Shown one piece after another: positions 49,574 to 59,250 of a DNA stretch of 64,000 nucleotides. The stretch is from Ignavibacteria bacterium. GTDB lineage: Bacteria; Bacteroidota; Ignavibacteria; Kapaibacteriales; UBA961. The stretch is taken from the NCBI GenBank assembly GCA_016873735.1, contig VGWD01000010.1, positions 235 to 64,234 on the forward strand, read 5' to 3'. The first letter of the stretch is position 1, and every line of letters starts with the position of its first letter. The notes under the pieces are model-generated. The model searched no databases. It saw only the letters and a program-made list of their open reading frames with translations, and had not been told where the DNA came from. Both the position numbers and the translations under genes were made by a program.

Positions 49574-49672
49574 TGAACATCGGGAGTTGATATTCTTGTT
49601 TGGGCATACTCGTATGAGAGCCAATCGCTTCCAACAACACCACAATTCAATAATTGTTACAGGCAGAACATC

Positions 49673-50029
49673 ATGAGCACATTTTCTTTGGCGGAGCAAG
49701 CGGCTTCCCAGCAATTGGCTGCATATAATGAAAGAGATATCGAAGCATTTCTTCTTTGTTATGTTGATGATGTTGAATTATGCGATCTGATTTCAGGAGA
49801 AGTGTTTTGCAAGGGTATCTTTGAAATGCGTGCCATCTACGGAGCAATGTTCAATAGATGTCCTGATTTGCATTGTAAACTTGTGAAGCGTATCATTTGT
49901 GGAAATATCGCAATTGATGAAGAGCATGTGACGGGTCAAGTGCCCGGCAAGATCACGCATGCCACCGCTATTTACGAAGTGAATGATGCAGGATTGATCA
50001 AGAAAGCATGGTTTGTGAGAGGGTCATAA
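49673..50029 (+). CDS. SnoaL/NTF2-like protein
   Basis: QQLAAYNERDIEAFL..Y, GNIAIDEE, AIYEV..GLI..AWF. Confidence 0.85.
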   Translation: MSTFSLAEQAASQQLAAYNERDIEAFLLCYVDDVELCDLISGEVFCKGIFEMRAIYGAMFNRCPDLHCKLVKRIICGNIAIDEEHVTGQVPGKITHATAIYEVNDAGLIKKAWFVRGS

Positions 50030-50061
50030 AAAAAGCCGTCAAAGGAAATATTGACGGCTTT
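50028..50061. terminator. Bidirectional terminator
   Basis: AAAGCCGTCAA / TTGACGGCTTT stem between convergent genes. Confidence 0.85.
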
Positions 50062-50082
50062 GATGTATTCAAGAGGGAACAA

Positions 50083-50658
50083 TTATTTCTGTTCGCCTTC
50101 AGTTACTTTTCTTCTAGGGGCTGAAATTGCAACGATTGTTGCATCACCACTTACATTGATTTTAATGCCGGGATAAGAAATGTCGCGAACATGCATGGAT
50201 TGACCAATCTTCAATTCGGTGATGTCAACATCCAAATGTTGAGGAAGATCTTTTGGTAGGCATGTCACATTCAATTTGTGGAGAATGTGCTCCAATACAC
50301 CACCCTCACGAATACCGGCACTTTGCCCGACGATTTTGACAGGTACATTGAAATCAACTGCTTTTTCATTTGAAACGCCGAAGAGATCGAAATGAACGAT
50401 TGCATCTGTCACGGGGTCAAATGTAATGTCCTTGAGCATGCATGACAAAGGAGCATCAGAACCTTCAAATTCAAGATTGATGATTTTTGCAGCCGCTGTA
50501 TAAACTATGGGACGCATATTTAAAGGGTGCACAGCGATTGGAATCGGCTCGGCACCATTGCGATAATACACACCTGTAACCATTCCGCTATTGCGAACGG
50601 CTTTTGCGGCTTTTTTACCGGTGCCTCTGATTTGCGCTTTGAGAGCGATTTCACTCAT
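50083..50658 (-). CDS. rplY: 50S ribosomal protein L25 / general stress protein Ctc
   Basis: R..GKKAAKAVR..G.V.GVYY, DPVTDAIVHFD, GIREGGVL, CLPKDLP..VDITEL.IG. Confidence 0.95.
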   Translation of the reverse strand: MSEIALKAQIRGTGKKAAKAVRNSGMVTGVYYRNGAEPIPIAVHPLNMRPIVYTAAAKIINLEFEGSDAPLSCMLKDITFDPVTDAIVHFDLFGVSNEKAVDFNVPVKIVGQSAGIREGGVLEHILHKLNVTCLPKDLPQHLDVDITELKIGQSMHVRDISYPGIKINVSGDATIVAISAPRRKVTEGEQK

Positions 50659-50688
50659 TTGATATTCTCCGGTGAATTCTAATTTATT

Positions 50689-51627
50689 TTATCGTATGAT
50701 ATCGAATAATGAACTGATCGAGGCATTGTTATGTGTTCTCTCGATCGCTTCACCAAATAACTCGGCAACTGAAACTGTTACGATTTTGTCTGATACCCAA
50801 TGATTGGGAAATGTATCACTGACATAAACCGTTTTGATTGCATCACTTTGATTGATTTTCTCAATTGCTGAACCGGAAAATACGCCATGCGTGCAAACTC
50901 CGGTGATGCTTTTCGCTCCTGCATTGACCAATGCTTCAGAGCATTTGACGAACGTTGTTCCGGTATCTATCAAATCATCTATAACAATGATGTCTTTGCC
51001 CGAAACTTCTCCGATGATATTCATGACTTCCGCAACATTGTGCGAAGGCCTACGCTTGTCGACAACAACCAAATCCGCATTGAGCACTTTTGCATATGTT
51101 CTTGCGGTTTTGATACCACCCACATCCGGAGATGCAATGGCCAATTGATCGGAGCGCAATTCAAAGAGCTTTTTGACTAGCACTGTTGAACCATATAAAT
51201 GATCAAGAGGTATGTCAAAGAATCCTTGTATCTGTGGCGTATGCAAGTCCATCGTGATCACACGATCAGCGCCGGCTTCTGATAACAAATTCGCAATCAA
51301 TTTTGCCGTAATTGAAACGCGAGGTTGATCTTTTCTGTCTTGCCTTGCATATGCAAAGTAAGGAATCACGGCAGTAATTCGCTTTGCAGAAGCACGCTTA
51401 GCTGCATCAATCATAATCAGCAGTTCCATCAGATGCTCAGAAGGTGCATTCGTTGATTGTATGATGAATAAATCGTTTCCACGAATATTCTCTTCATACT
51501 TCACCCAAATTTCACCATCACTGAAATTTCTGATCGTCACAGGCGACAACTCTCTACCCAGGGAGCGAGCAATGTTCTCCGCAAGGGTTTGATTGGATCT
51601 GCCGGAAACGATCATCAGATCAGACAT
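50689..51627 (-). CDS. prs: Ribose-phosphate pyrophosphokinase
   Basis: FSDGE, YARQDRK, DLHTPQIQGFFD, SPDVGG, DDLIDTG. Confidence 0.97.
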   Translation of the reverse strand: MSDLMIVSGRSNQTLAENIARSLGRELSPVTIRNFSDGEIWVKYEENIRGNDLFIIQSTNAPSEHLMELLIMIDAAKRASAKRITAVIPYFAYARQDRKDQPRVSITAKLIANLLSEAGADRVITMDLHTPQIQGFFDIPLDHLYGSTVLVKKLFELRSDQLAIASPDVGGIKTARTYAKVLNADLVVVDKRRPSHNVAEVMNIIGEVSGKDIIVIDDLIDTGTTFVKCSEALVNAGAKSITGVCTHGVFSGSAIEKINQSDAIKTVYVSDTFPNHWVSDKIVTVSVAELFGEAIERTHNNASISSLFDIIR

Positions 51628-51735
51628 GTCTTATGCCGAGATCATCAATGGTACAAATGACAGGCGATAACGCCTTTATGAGTATGCCGTTAGAAAAAGC
51701 CATCAACCATGAGGTAGTGGCTTTACGGACTGAAG

Positions 51736-51807
<72 letters not shown>

Positions 51808-51903
51808 GTTTGTTCTGCGTAAACAAAACAGAACACAAAGATAGGGTGTTTCGGGATTTCTGGCAAAGAAAAAGTCTGCTCGATGGTACCTGGTTAAGCT
51901 CAA

Positions 51904-53076
51904 TCATTCGACTCTGATGGCAGTTTTGCCATGTTCGCGAATCAATGTAAGAGCTTCTCCATGAATCAAGATATCATCAGCAGATAATATGCTTTGATCC
52001 CGTTGCAAGAGAGCAAAGCCTTTTTTCAATGGGGAATATGGGTGCAAAGCCATGCATTGCATTTCTAAGGATTGCACATTCTTTTGGCTAATTTGAATAT
52101 ATCTTGCCAAAGATTGATACATTCGATTCTCTAATTCATCTCTTCTTTGGGCGGCATTCCGTATATACTCGGGTAATCTTCTAAATCCTGAATGTTGCTC
52201 CATTCTTTGAAGATGGTCTTTCATCTTTGAAACGGCATAGTCCATCGACTTACGAAGTGAATCTTTTTTGAGGGCCACATGATGATGAAGATCCTCTATT
52301 GTAATGGGGCTCACCAGTTCCGCAGCAGCTGTTGGCGTTGCTGCTCGAACATCTGCCACGAAGTCTGCAATGGTGATGTCTGTTTCATGACCAACACCGG
52401 AAATGATTGGAATGGTGCAATCTGCAATGGCATAGGCAACGCCTTCATCATTAAAAGCCCAGAGATCTTCCATTGATCCACCGCCTCTTGCGATGATGAT
52501 CACTTCGCATGCAGACTGTTCCAATTCTTTGATTGCATTGATGATGTCTGTGGGGGCTGTATCACCCTGTACGATGGTTGGCCTTAAGATGACATGCGCC
52601 ATTGGATTTCTTCTTTTCAGGGTGGACAGCATGTCTTGGACGGCAGCGCCCGTAGCTGATGTACAGATTCCTATGGTCAGAGGGAAGTCAGGTAATTCAG
52701 CTTTTTTCTCTTGATCAAACAATCCCTTTGCAGCCAATGATTTTTTTAATTCTTCGAAAGCCATATAGAGATCGCCGGTACCGAGTGGCATGATGCTATG
52801 GCAATCAAGTTGATATCGTCCCTGAGGAGGATAGACAGTTATATTCCCGCGTGCTATTACTTTCATGCCATCCGTCAATGGAATTTGAAAAGGTTTGCCT
52901 TTCCACATGACAGCACTTATTTGAGCATATTCATCTTTCAGAGAAAAGTAACGATGCCCTGATCCATGTAATTTAAAGTTGGAGATTTCTCCTATTACAA
53001 TCACAGAGCCGATTCCCTGTTCAAGAAGAGTGCGAATCTGCATTGTTATCTGAGAAACGGAGAGTGATCCATCCAT
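51904..53076 (-). CDS. xseA: Exodeoxyribonuclease VII large subunit
   Basis: GEISN...SGH.YFSLKD, TSATGAAVQD, IIARGGGSMEDLWAFN, SGVGHETD.TIADFVAD.RAATPTAAAE. Confidence 0.95.
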   Translation of the reverse strand: MDGSLSVSQITMQIRTLLEQGIGSVIVIGEISNFKLHGSGHRYFSLKDEYAQISAVMWKGKPFQIPLTDGMKVIARGNITVYPPQGRYQLDCHSIMPLGTGDLYMAFEELKKSLAAKGLFDQEKKAELPDFPLTIGICTSATGAAVQDMLSTLKRRNPMAHVILRPTIVQGDTAPTDIINAIKELEQSACEVIIIARGGGSMEDLWAFNDEGVAYAIADCTIPIISGVGHETDITIADFVADVRAATPTAAAELVSPITIEDLHHHVALKKDSLRKSMDYAVSKMKDHLQRMEQHSGFRRLPEYIRNAAQRRDELENRMYQSLARYIQISQKNVQSLEMQCMALHPYSPLKKGFALLQRDQSILSADDILIHGEALTLIREHGKTAIRVE

Positions 53077-53238
53077 GATACATGATCCAAGGCAATATTG
53101 TGAAAGCAAGAATTCCAATAGTCAATTTAGATAATTTCACATCATCTTCAAGAATGAGATTTATGTGTGTCACGTCATGCCAAGGTGTTAATTTATCTGC
53201 TATGTCATAATATGTAGCATACTCTTTCAGGTGAATCA

Positions 53239-54417
53239 GTGAGTTTGGATTTATCAAAGCACGTAGAATCTGCACTTGAAGCTCAAACGCTGGCTATTTC
53301 AAACACTGCAAAAAAAATGAAAGCCGCCGGTATTGATGTTGTTTCATTATCGGTTGGGGAACCGGATTTTGACACACCGCTTTGTGCGAAGGAAGCTGCA
53401 ATTCGAGCAATCAATGAGAATTTCACGCACTATACAGATTCTAATGGAATTGCTGAATTACGTGAAACCATCGCAAAAAAATTTCGTGAAGAAAATGGAA
53501 TACAGCATGCCATAGCATCAAATGTGATTGTCTCCGGCGGTGCAAAACAATGTATTTACAATACATTGATGGCAATATGCAATGAGGGTGATGAAGTCAT
53601 TATTCTTGCACCTTATTGGGTGAGCTATCCGGCGATGGCAGTAATGTGTGGGGCACGTCCTATAATTTTGTCCGGCGATTATGAACATGCTTATAAGGTA
53701 AGGCCGGAAGATTTACGAAAAGCAATCACCCCGAAAACCAAGTGCGTGATTTTGAATAGTCCTTCAAATCCAACCGGAATGATGTACACAGAGGAAGAGA
53801 TTCGTGCTTTCGGAGCAGTGATTGCCGAACATGATTGCTATCTTCTCAGCGATGAGATTTATGAAAAACTCACATATGGAGAAATCAAACATTTCTCTCC
53901 CGGAGCTATTATTGAACTTTCTTCTAAAGTGATCACCGTCAATGGAGTATCAAAAGCATATGCCATGACCGGCTGGCGGATTGGTTATCTGCATGCTCCT
54001 GATTATGTTTTCAGAGAAATTTCAAAAGTTCAAGGTCAAAGCACATCACATCCAAGCTCAATTGCGCAAAAAGCCGCGCTTGCCGCATTGCAATTTGGTT
54101 CGGAAGATGTGATTGCAATGCATGTTGCTTTTTCCGCAAGGAAATCACTTGTCTGTTCATTGCTTTCAGAGATTCCCGGTCTGAAATTCCATATACCCGA
54201 TGGTGCATTTTATGTATTCATCTCATTTGATGATATTCAGGATGATGTTGATTTTTGCGCCTATTTATTGGAAGAATTTCATGTTGCCCTTGTACCGGGT
54301 GATGCATTCGGTTGCCAAGGTGCATTGAGGATTTCATTTGCCGCCTCTGAAGAGACTCTGAGAACAGGCATTGATCGCCTTGCTCGAGGACTCATAGCAT
54401 ATGGAAAAATCAAATGA
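53239..54417 (+). CDS. aspC: PLP-dependent class I aminotransferase (aspartate aminotransferase-like)
   Basis: LSVGEPDF, GAKQ, NSPSNPTG, SDEIY, NGVSKAYAMTGWRIG; GTG start. Confidence 0.88.
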   Translation: MSLDLSKHVESALEAQTLAISNTAKKMKAAGIDVVSLSVGEPDFDTPLCAKEAAIRAINENFTHYTDSNGIAELRETIAKKFREENGIQHAIASNVIVSGGAKQCIYNTLMAICNEGDEVIILAPYWVSYPAMAVMCGARPIILSGDYEHAYKVRPEDLRKAITPKTKCVILNSPSNPTGMMYTEEEIRAFGAVIAEHDCYLLSDEIYEKLTYGEIKHFSPGAIIELSSKVITVNGVSKAYAMTGWRIGYLHAPDYVFREISKVQGQSTSHPSSIAQKAALAALQFGSEDVIAMHVAFSARKSLVCSLLSEIPGLKFHIPDGAFYVFISFDDIQDDVDFCAYLLEEFHVALVPGDAFGCQGALRISFAASEETLRTGIDRLARGLIAYGKIK

Positions 54418-55307
54418 TCGGCTCACATAAATATCTCACTCCCGCAGCAGTGGCTCAATTAAGCTCCATTGAAATGAAAGCTCGTTTGATTGTAGAAGGG
54501 TTTATGTCGGGCATGCACAAATCACCATATCATGGTTTCAGTGTCGAATTTGCGGAACATCGTCAATATCATCCCGGGGATGATTTACGTTATCTGGATT
54601 GGAAAATTCTCGGCAAAACAAACAGACATTATATCAAACAATTTGAAGAAGAAACCAATTTACGATGCACAGTCATCATTGATACCAGCGCATCAATGAA
54701 ATATGCTTCAAAAGGAAATGTGTCCAAATTTGATTATGCTGCCTGTTTGGGAGCAGCATTCACATATCTGATGATGAAACAGCAAGATGCTGCTGGTTTG
54801 GCTTTATACAATGATTCCATAGTCTCTTATCTTCCCGCAAAAAAGAAAACTTCTTATTTGGGAGAGATATTGCGTGTATTGGGGAATGCCATTCCATCAA
54901 ATATTACCGGAACAGCAAAAGCGCTTCATGAATTGGTTGAGCGTTTGCCAAAAAGAGGAATGATGATCATCATCAGTGATTTTTTTGATGAAATGTCTTC
55001 GATTGTACAAGCACTCAAACATTTCAGACATGATGGTCATGAAGTGATAGCCATACAAGTGCTCGACCCAAGAGAAAAAGATTTTTCCTTTGGTATAGAT
55101 GCAAATTTTCGTGATATCGAAACCGGCGAGGAATTGATAACGCAACCGTATCACATAAAGAAAGCATATGCTGAGGGATTTTTGAAATTCATGACTCAAT
55201 TGAAGCATGAATGCAGGGTGAGGGGAGTAGATTATCTACAGATAGATACAAATCAACCCTATGAAATTGCATTGCGGGAATATCTGTACAAAAGATCAAA
55301 TACATGA
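54414..55307 (+). CDS. DUF58 / VWA-like MoxR-associated protein
   Basis: G.H.SPYHGFSVEFAEHRQYHPGDD.R.LDWK, KQFEEETN, DTSASM. Confidence 0.9.
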   Translation: MIGSHKYLTPAAVAQLSSIEMKARLIVEGFMSGMHKSPYHGFSVEFAEHRQYHPGDDLRYLDWKILGKTNRHYIKQFEEETNLRCTVIIDTSASMKYASKGNVSKFDYAACLGAAFTYLMMKQQDAAGLALYNDSIVSYLPAKKKTSYLGEILRVLGNAIPSNITGTAKALHELVERLPKRGMMIIISDFFDEMSSIVQALKHFRHDGHEVIAIQVLDPREKDFSFGIDANFRDIETGEELITQPYHIKKAYAEGFLKFMTQLKHECRVRGVDYLQIDTNQPYEIALREYLYKRSNT

Positions 55308-55332
55308 AAAAAGTCCCGCATGTGCGGGTCTT
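55307..55332 (-). terminator. Terminator for the sigma/anti-sigma/TlpA unit
   Basis: CCCGC/GCGGG core stem with flanking AAG/CTT and an A6 run on +. Confidence 0.65.
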
Positions 55333-55336
55333 GAAT

Positions 55337-55888
55337 TCATTTTCTTTTCAATGATCGAAGTATTGCCGCCCTAAAATCTTCCTTTGATCTTGCCCCGACG
55401 ATTTTTTCATTAACCGTGCCATCGGCATTCACAATGAATGTTGTTGGAATGGCTCCTATGCCATCATAGGCTTCAGCAACTTTGTCATTTCCAACGATAA
55501 TCGGATAGGGGATATTTTTCAAACGAGCAAATTTGCTAACTGTATTGAATGCTTGATCATCCCTATCCATCGAAATCCCGATCACAATTAATTCGTCCTC
55601 TGTGAATTCTTTGGACAATTCGATGATATCAGGGATTTCTTTTCTGCATGGTGGACACCACGTAGCCCAAAAATTCAAAAACATTACTTTGCCTGTTCCA
55701 TGTTGAAGCAGATTCACTTGTTTTGAACCGTCTTTCCATGAAAGATCAGCTGCTTTCCCCGGACCTGATTTAGTGACTGATTCTACTATGAACACTTTGT
55801 TCACAGGTGATTGCTGGGCAAATGTATTCACTCCCAACAAACAAATTGATGCTAAAAAGGCATAAGTGATGCCAAGCAATTGAGTCAT
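55337..55888 (-). CDS. TlpA/ResA-family exported thiol-disulfide oxidoreductase
   Basis: Signal peptide, LNFWATWCPPCRKEIP, IPTTFIVN. Confidence 0.92.
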   Translation of the reverse strand: MTQLLGITYAFLASICLLGVNTFAQQSPVNKVFIVESVTKSGPGKAADLSWKDGSKQVNLLQHGTGKVMFLNFWATWCPPCRKEIPDIIELSKEFTEDELIVIGISMDRDDQAFNTVSKFARLKNIPYPIIVGNDKVAEAYDGIGAIPTTFIVNADGTVNEKIVGARSKEDFRAAILRSLKRK

Positions 55889-56793
55889 TATGTTTCCTCA
55901 ACATGTATAAGTGCCGACAATTGTTCAGTTTTCAGATCGGAAACCATTACACAAAGATTGTTCCCTAATTTCCACAAAACCATTGTATTAGAAGCACCAT
56001 TTTCTTTTTCCCAGTACCAGTCGGTTTTTTTGACTATTTCCATTGCTCTGGGATTCACACTAAGAGTTTGATTATCAATCAAACTCTCCGGTACTTCATA
56101 AGCATAAATGAGATGATCGCCAACTTTGTAAATGAACTGAGCAAATTTAGTGCCTTTCTCTTGTGAAACAATACCACCGACGAGTTCAGCGTCGATTTTA
56201 GGGAAATGTACGGGGTAATTTACGCCATTATCAGCAAAAAATGTTGATAAGGTTTGCTGATTATTTGAAAATTTCTGCAGAGACATTTTGCCGTCTTCAT
56301 ATGCATGAAAAGCGGAATATGCTTGTAAGCAGATATTGTTCTGTCCTGCATGAACCACAGAAAAATCATCAATGTTCGCCGAAATTTGTTGAGTATTGTT
56401 TGTTGAATTGGATACATATACATATCCTCCCAAAACAATAATCAAGCTGATTGGAATAGCAAATCTCGGGCTTAGAACCGAAATGATCGGATCAAGTGCA
56501 TTCCAACAAGCTTCGATGAATGAAACTTTTCTTTGGGGTTGCTTTGCCACAGAATTTTCGGTTCTAATTCCTTTCAGAATCAAAGCACGCAAGTCTGCGG
56601 GGGCTTCTATGTGTAGTGCTTCTTGTTTTGTTTGAAGCACGGATTTCATTGCCGTTTGAATGTAAAGTGCTACGGATAACTCGGGATCATTCTCAAGACG
56701 GCTCTGAAGTTCTTGCTTGGTATTTGGATCGATATATTCTCCATCCACCATTGATGCAAGATACTCTTCGAGTTCTTTTGGTGTGTTTTTCAC
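55888..56793 (-). CDS. Membrane-anchored anti-sigma factor
   Basis: N-terminal L..MVDGE anti-sigma helix, single TM (FAIPISLIIVLGGYVYV), periplasmic domain; directly downstream of the ECF sigma gene. Confidence 0.75.
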   Translation of the reverse strand: MKNTPKELEEYLASMVDGEYIDPNTKQELQSRLENDPELSVALYIQTAMKSVLQTKQEALHIEAPADLRALILKGIRTENSVAKQPQRKVSFIEACWNALDPIISVLSPRFAIPISLIIVLGGYVYVSNSTNNTQQISANIDDFSVVHAGQNNICLQAYSAFHAYEDGKMSLQKFSNNQQTLSTFFADNGVNYPVHFPKIDAELVGGIVSQEKGTKFAQFIYKVGDHLIYAYEVPESLIDNQTLSVNPRAMEIVKKTDWYWEKENGASNTMVLWKLGNNLCVMVSDLKTEQLSALIHVEET

Positions 56794-56830
56794 GAGTTGT
56801 CGTTATGAGTGAATAATAAGTAATTATAAG

Positions 56831-57403
56831 TTATTCGAAATCAGATGTGTCATATCCGCGCTTCTTTGCATATGCCAACAATTGCGATGCCAACATTTTT
56901 CGAGCACGATGCAAGCGTGAGCGAACCGTGCCAATTGGACACTCGATGATTTCTGCTATTTCTTCATATGTCATGCCTTCAAGATCGCAAAGGATGATTG
57001 CTGTTCTGAATGTTTCAGGCAGTGACTCGAGAGCGGTAGAAACTTCATCGTCTAAAAGATTATCAAAAATCTTCTTCTGTAAATCGGTTGATTCAGATGA
57101 TTCGCTGCGTATGAGATCATAAAATTCTTCTATGACATCATATTCAACAATGTCCGGCTCTCTTTTGTCTTTTCTATACTGATTGATGTATGTGTTTTTG
57201 AGAATTCTGAACAACCATGCTTTGCAATTTGTCCCTCTTTCAAATTTGTCAAAGAAACGAAAACCTTTCATATAGGTTTCTTGCACAAGGTCGTGAGCAT
57301 CTTCTCTATTGCGGCACAGCCGCACAGCAAAACTGTATAGTGCGCTCATGTGCGGAAGGGCTTCGCGTTCAAAGTCCGATTGCTTGGCGGCAATTGTATT
57401 CAT
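56831..57403 (-). CDS. ECF sigma-70 factor
   Basis: DAHDLVQET, AWLFRILKN, YEEIAEI.ECPIGTVRSRLHRAR; start at ATG 57403 supported by TAATTTTG at 57436-57443 (57499 is an alternative). Confidence 0.93.
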   Translation of the reverse strand: MNTIAAKQSDFEREALPHMSALYSFAVRLCRNREDAHDLVQETYMKGFRFFDKFERGTNCKAWLFRILKNTYINQYRKDKREPDIVEYDVIEEFYDLIRSESSESTDLQKKIFDNLLDDEVSTALESLPETFRTAIILCDLEGMTYEEIAEIIECPIGTVRSRLHRARKMLASQLLAYAKKRGYDTSDFE

Positions 57404-57557
57404 AGGTACTTCTTTTGTTGCCGATGTATATGTGCCAAAATTATCGAACTTTCGCGCTTCCGCAAAGCTCTTATCATTTATTGTTGCAGCTTCAATCATG
57501 ATTTGATTCCGAATTGATTCGCGAACTCGACATGCAAGGAGTTTTTCTCCAAGTTGT

Positions 57558-58748
57558 TCAACCGAAGAGACAGCCAGATGACCCTGTCCAAGGGATATTA
57601 TTGTAACGAACGCCCATCATAGGTCCGCGTCCGGTTCTCGCAAGTGACATCACAGGTTGGGGATCAATCTGATCTTCAGGCCAAATGAGCATGATTCGAA
57701 TCTCAACTTTATTTGATCCATGCGGAGTATCTATACATTCGGCATATCGAATCTTCTCTTGAAGTAAATAGTTTGACCTATGTTCAGGAGCGATTGCCTC
57801 TATGTCTGAATGATCGGGACTGATGATAACTCCTTTCCCGGCAAAGGCAAACAGAGGTTTTAGGACAAATGGTTCCAATGAATCCGGGATTTGTTTCAAA
57901 TCGGAAAGTACATGTGATCCGGGTATTGCATCATGACTTAAATATGGTAGAGTATATTTACTCATCTTGAAATACCAATTTGGATGTCCGGCCCACTCCA
58001 CATCAATGTCATCATACCAGTTAAATGGCAATTTTACTGAATTATCATCTAATTCATCAGCTATCGCTCTATTGAAGATCCTGCGAATTCGAATCCATTT
58101 GCCATTTCTCTGATGGAACAAAGCATTCCCTTCTTTTTTGACAGATTGAATATCGGTTGTTTTCATTCCGGTCAATTGTTCAATCACCGAGAAATCGGGT
58201 AGAGTTTTTTGCTCTTCAGGTTTGAATTCAAGCAGGCACGTTTCATCGGGATCATGATTGCCAATCAATGCTGATGTGAGTAATGAGGAGTATTCAAGCT
58301 CATCAAATGTATTCAGAAATGGAGTGAAATCATGCAAATCATAGACATGTTTCATGGATTGAGCAAATCGCAACTGATACCCAAACAATGAGGGAAAACC
58401 CTGCAATTCAACAACTTTAGGGGTCAATGAGCCATCTTCATTCATGGCAATGGCAAAGTCTATGACACAAAAAAGTGGCTTTTCGGACTCATTTGGAACA
58501 TTGTATGCCAGCGGTATTGGATTCCCGATCATTATATGTTGTTGATGGTCTCGGCACATCTTTGCAATGGCAATCGCAGATTGACACAACTCCGCACGCA
58601 TGGATTCATTCACGAAAATTGGCATCTCGGCCACTCTGAATTCTATGGATGTGCCACAGGAAACTGCCAATTCTCGCAGGAATTGATCATGTTTTTCTTC
58701 GGAGAACAGGGATTTACTGAAATATGTTTGCATGTGAGAGTTCATCAC
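57558..58748 (-). CDS. Uncharacterised circularly permuted ATP-grasp-like protein
   Basis: IDFAI...VELQGFPS, GHPNWYFKMSKY, FVLKPLFAFAGKGV, YLLQEKI, EIRIM. Confidence 0.65.
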   Translation of the reverse strand: MMNSHMQTYFSKSLFSEEKHDQFLRELAVSCGTSIEFRVAEMPIFVNESMRAELCQSAIAIAKMCRDHQQHIMIGNPIPLAYNVPNESEKPLFCVIDFAIAMNEDGSLTPKVVELQGFPSLFGYQLRFAQSMKHVYDLHDFTPFLNTFDELEYSSLLTSALIGNHDPDETCLLEFKPEEQKTLPDFSVIEQLTGMKTTDIQSVKKEGNALFHQRNGKWIRIRRIFNRAIADELDDNSVKLPFNWYDDIDVEWAGHPNWYFKMSKYTLPYLSHDAIPGSHVLSDLKQIPDSLEPFVLKPLFAFAGKGVIISPDHSDIEAIAPEHRSNYLLQEKIRYAECIDTPHGSNKVEIRIMLIWPEDQIDPQPVMSLARTGRGPMMGVRYNNIPWTGSSGCLFG

Positions 58749-58803
58749 CCAACTTAGCGAATCCTTATGATTTTACCATTCAATAGACTTAGCCTGCATT
58801 TCG

Positions 58804-58811
58804 TAGATTTG
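58804..58811 (+). promoter_or_regulatory. Putative -7 element TAGATTTG upstream of acpS-lysC-PAP2
   Basis: Exact TAnnTTTG, 23 nt before the ATG. Confidence 0.55.
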
Positions 58812-58833
58812 CATTATCATTTGGAAGCAGAAC

Positions 58834-59250
58834 ATGATACTTGGTGTAGGAACAGACATTGTTGACATCGCAAGAATAGAATCAGCCATCTCGGAATATG
58901 GCGATGCTTTTCTTCGTAGGATGTTTACACCTGTTGAGCAGGCATACTGTGAATCATATGCTCATGGCAAGATGTCTCATTATGCAGCGAGATTCGCTGT
59001 GAAAGAAGCATTCAGCAAAGCCATAGGTACAGGCATTACGAAGGGTTTTTCATTCAAGGATGTTGGAGTTGTCAATGAAAAGGGCGGAAGGCCTCGTATC
59101 GTTCTTTCCAATTTGATGCTTGAAACATGGGGGTCTTATACGATTCATGTATCGATTTCTCATACCGACACCGTGGCAATGGCTGTTGTGATTATTGAAT
59201 CTGACAAAGAACGTGATATTGATATCCGTTTGACGGAGGCTGCAACATGA
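58834..59250 (+). CDS. acpS: Holo-[acyl-carrier-protein] synthase
   Basis: GVGTDIV, AARFAVKEAFSKAIGTG, VSISH. Confidence 0.96.
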   Translation: MILGVGTDIVDIARIESAISEYGDAFLRRMFTPVEQAYCESYAHGKMSHYAARFAVKEAFSKAIGTGITKGFSFKDVGVVNEKGGRPRIVLSNLMLETWGSYTIHVSISHTDTVAMAVVIIESDKERDIDIRLTEAAT

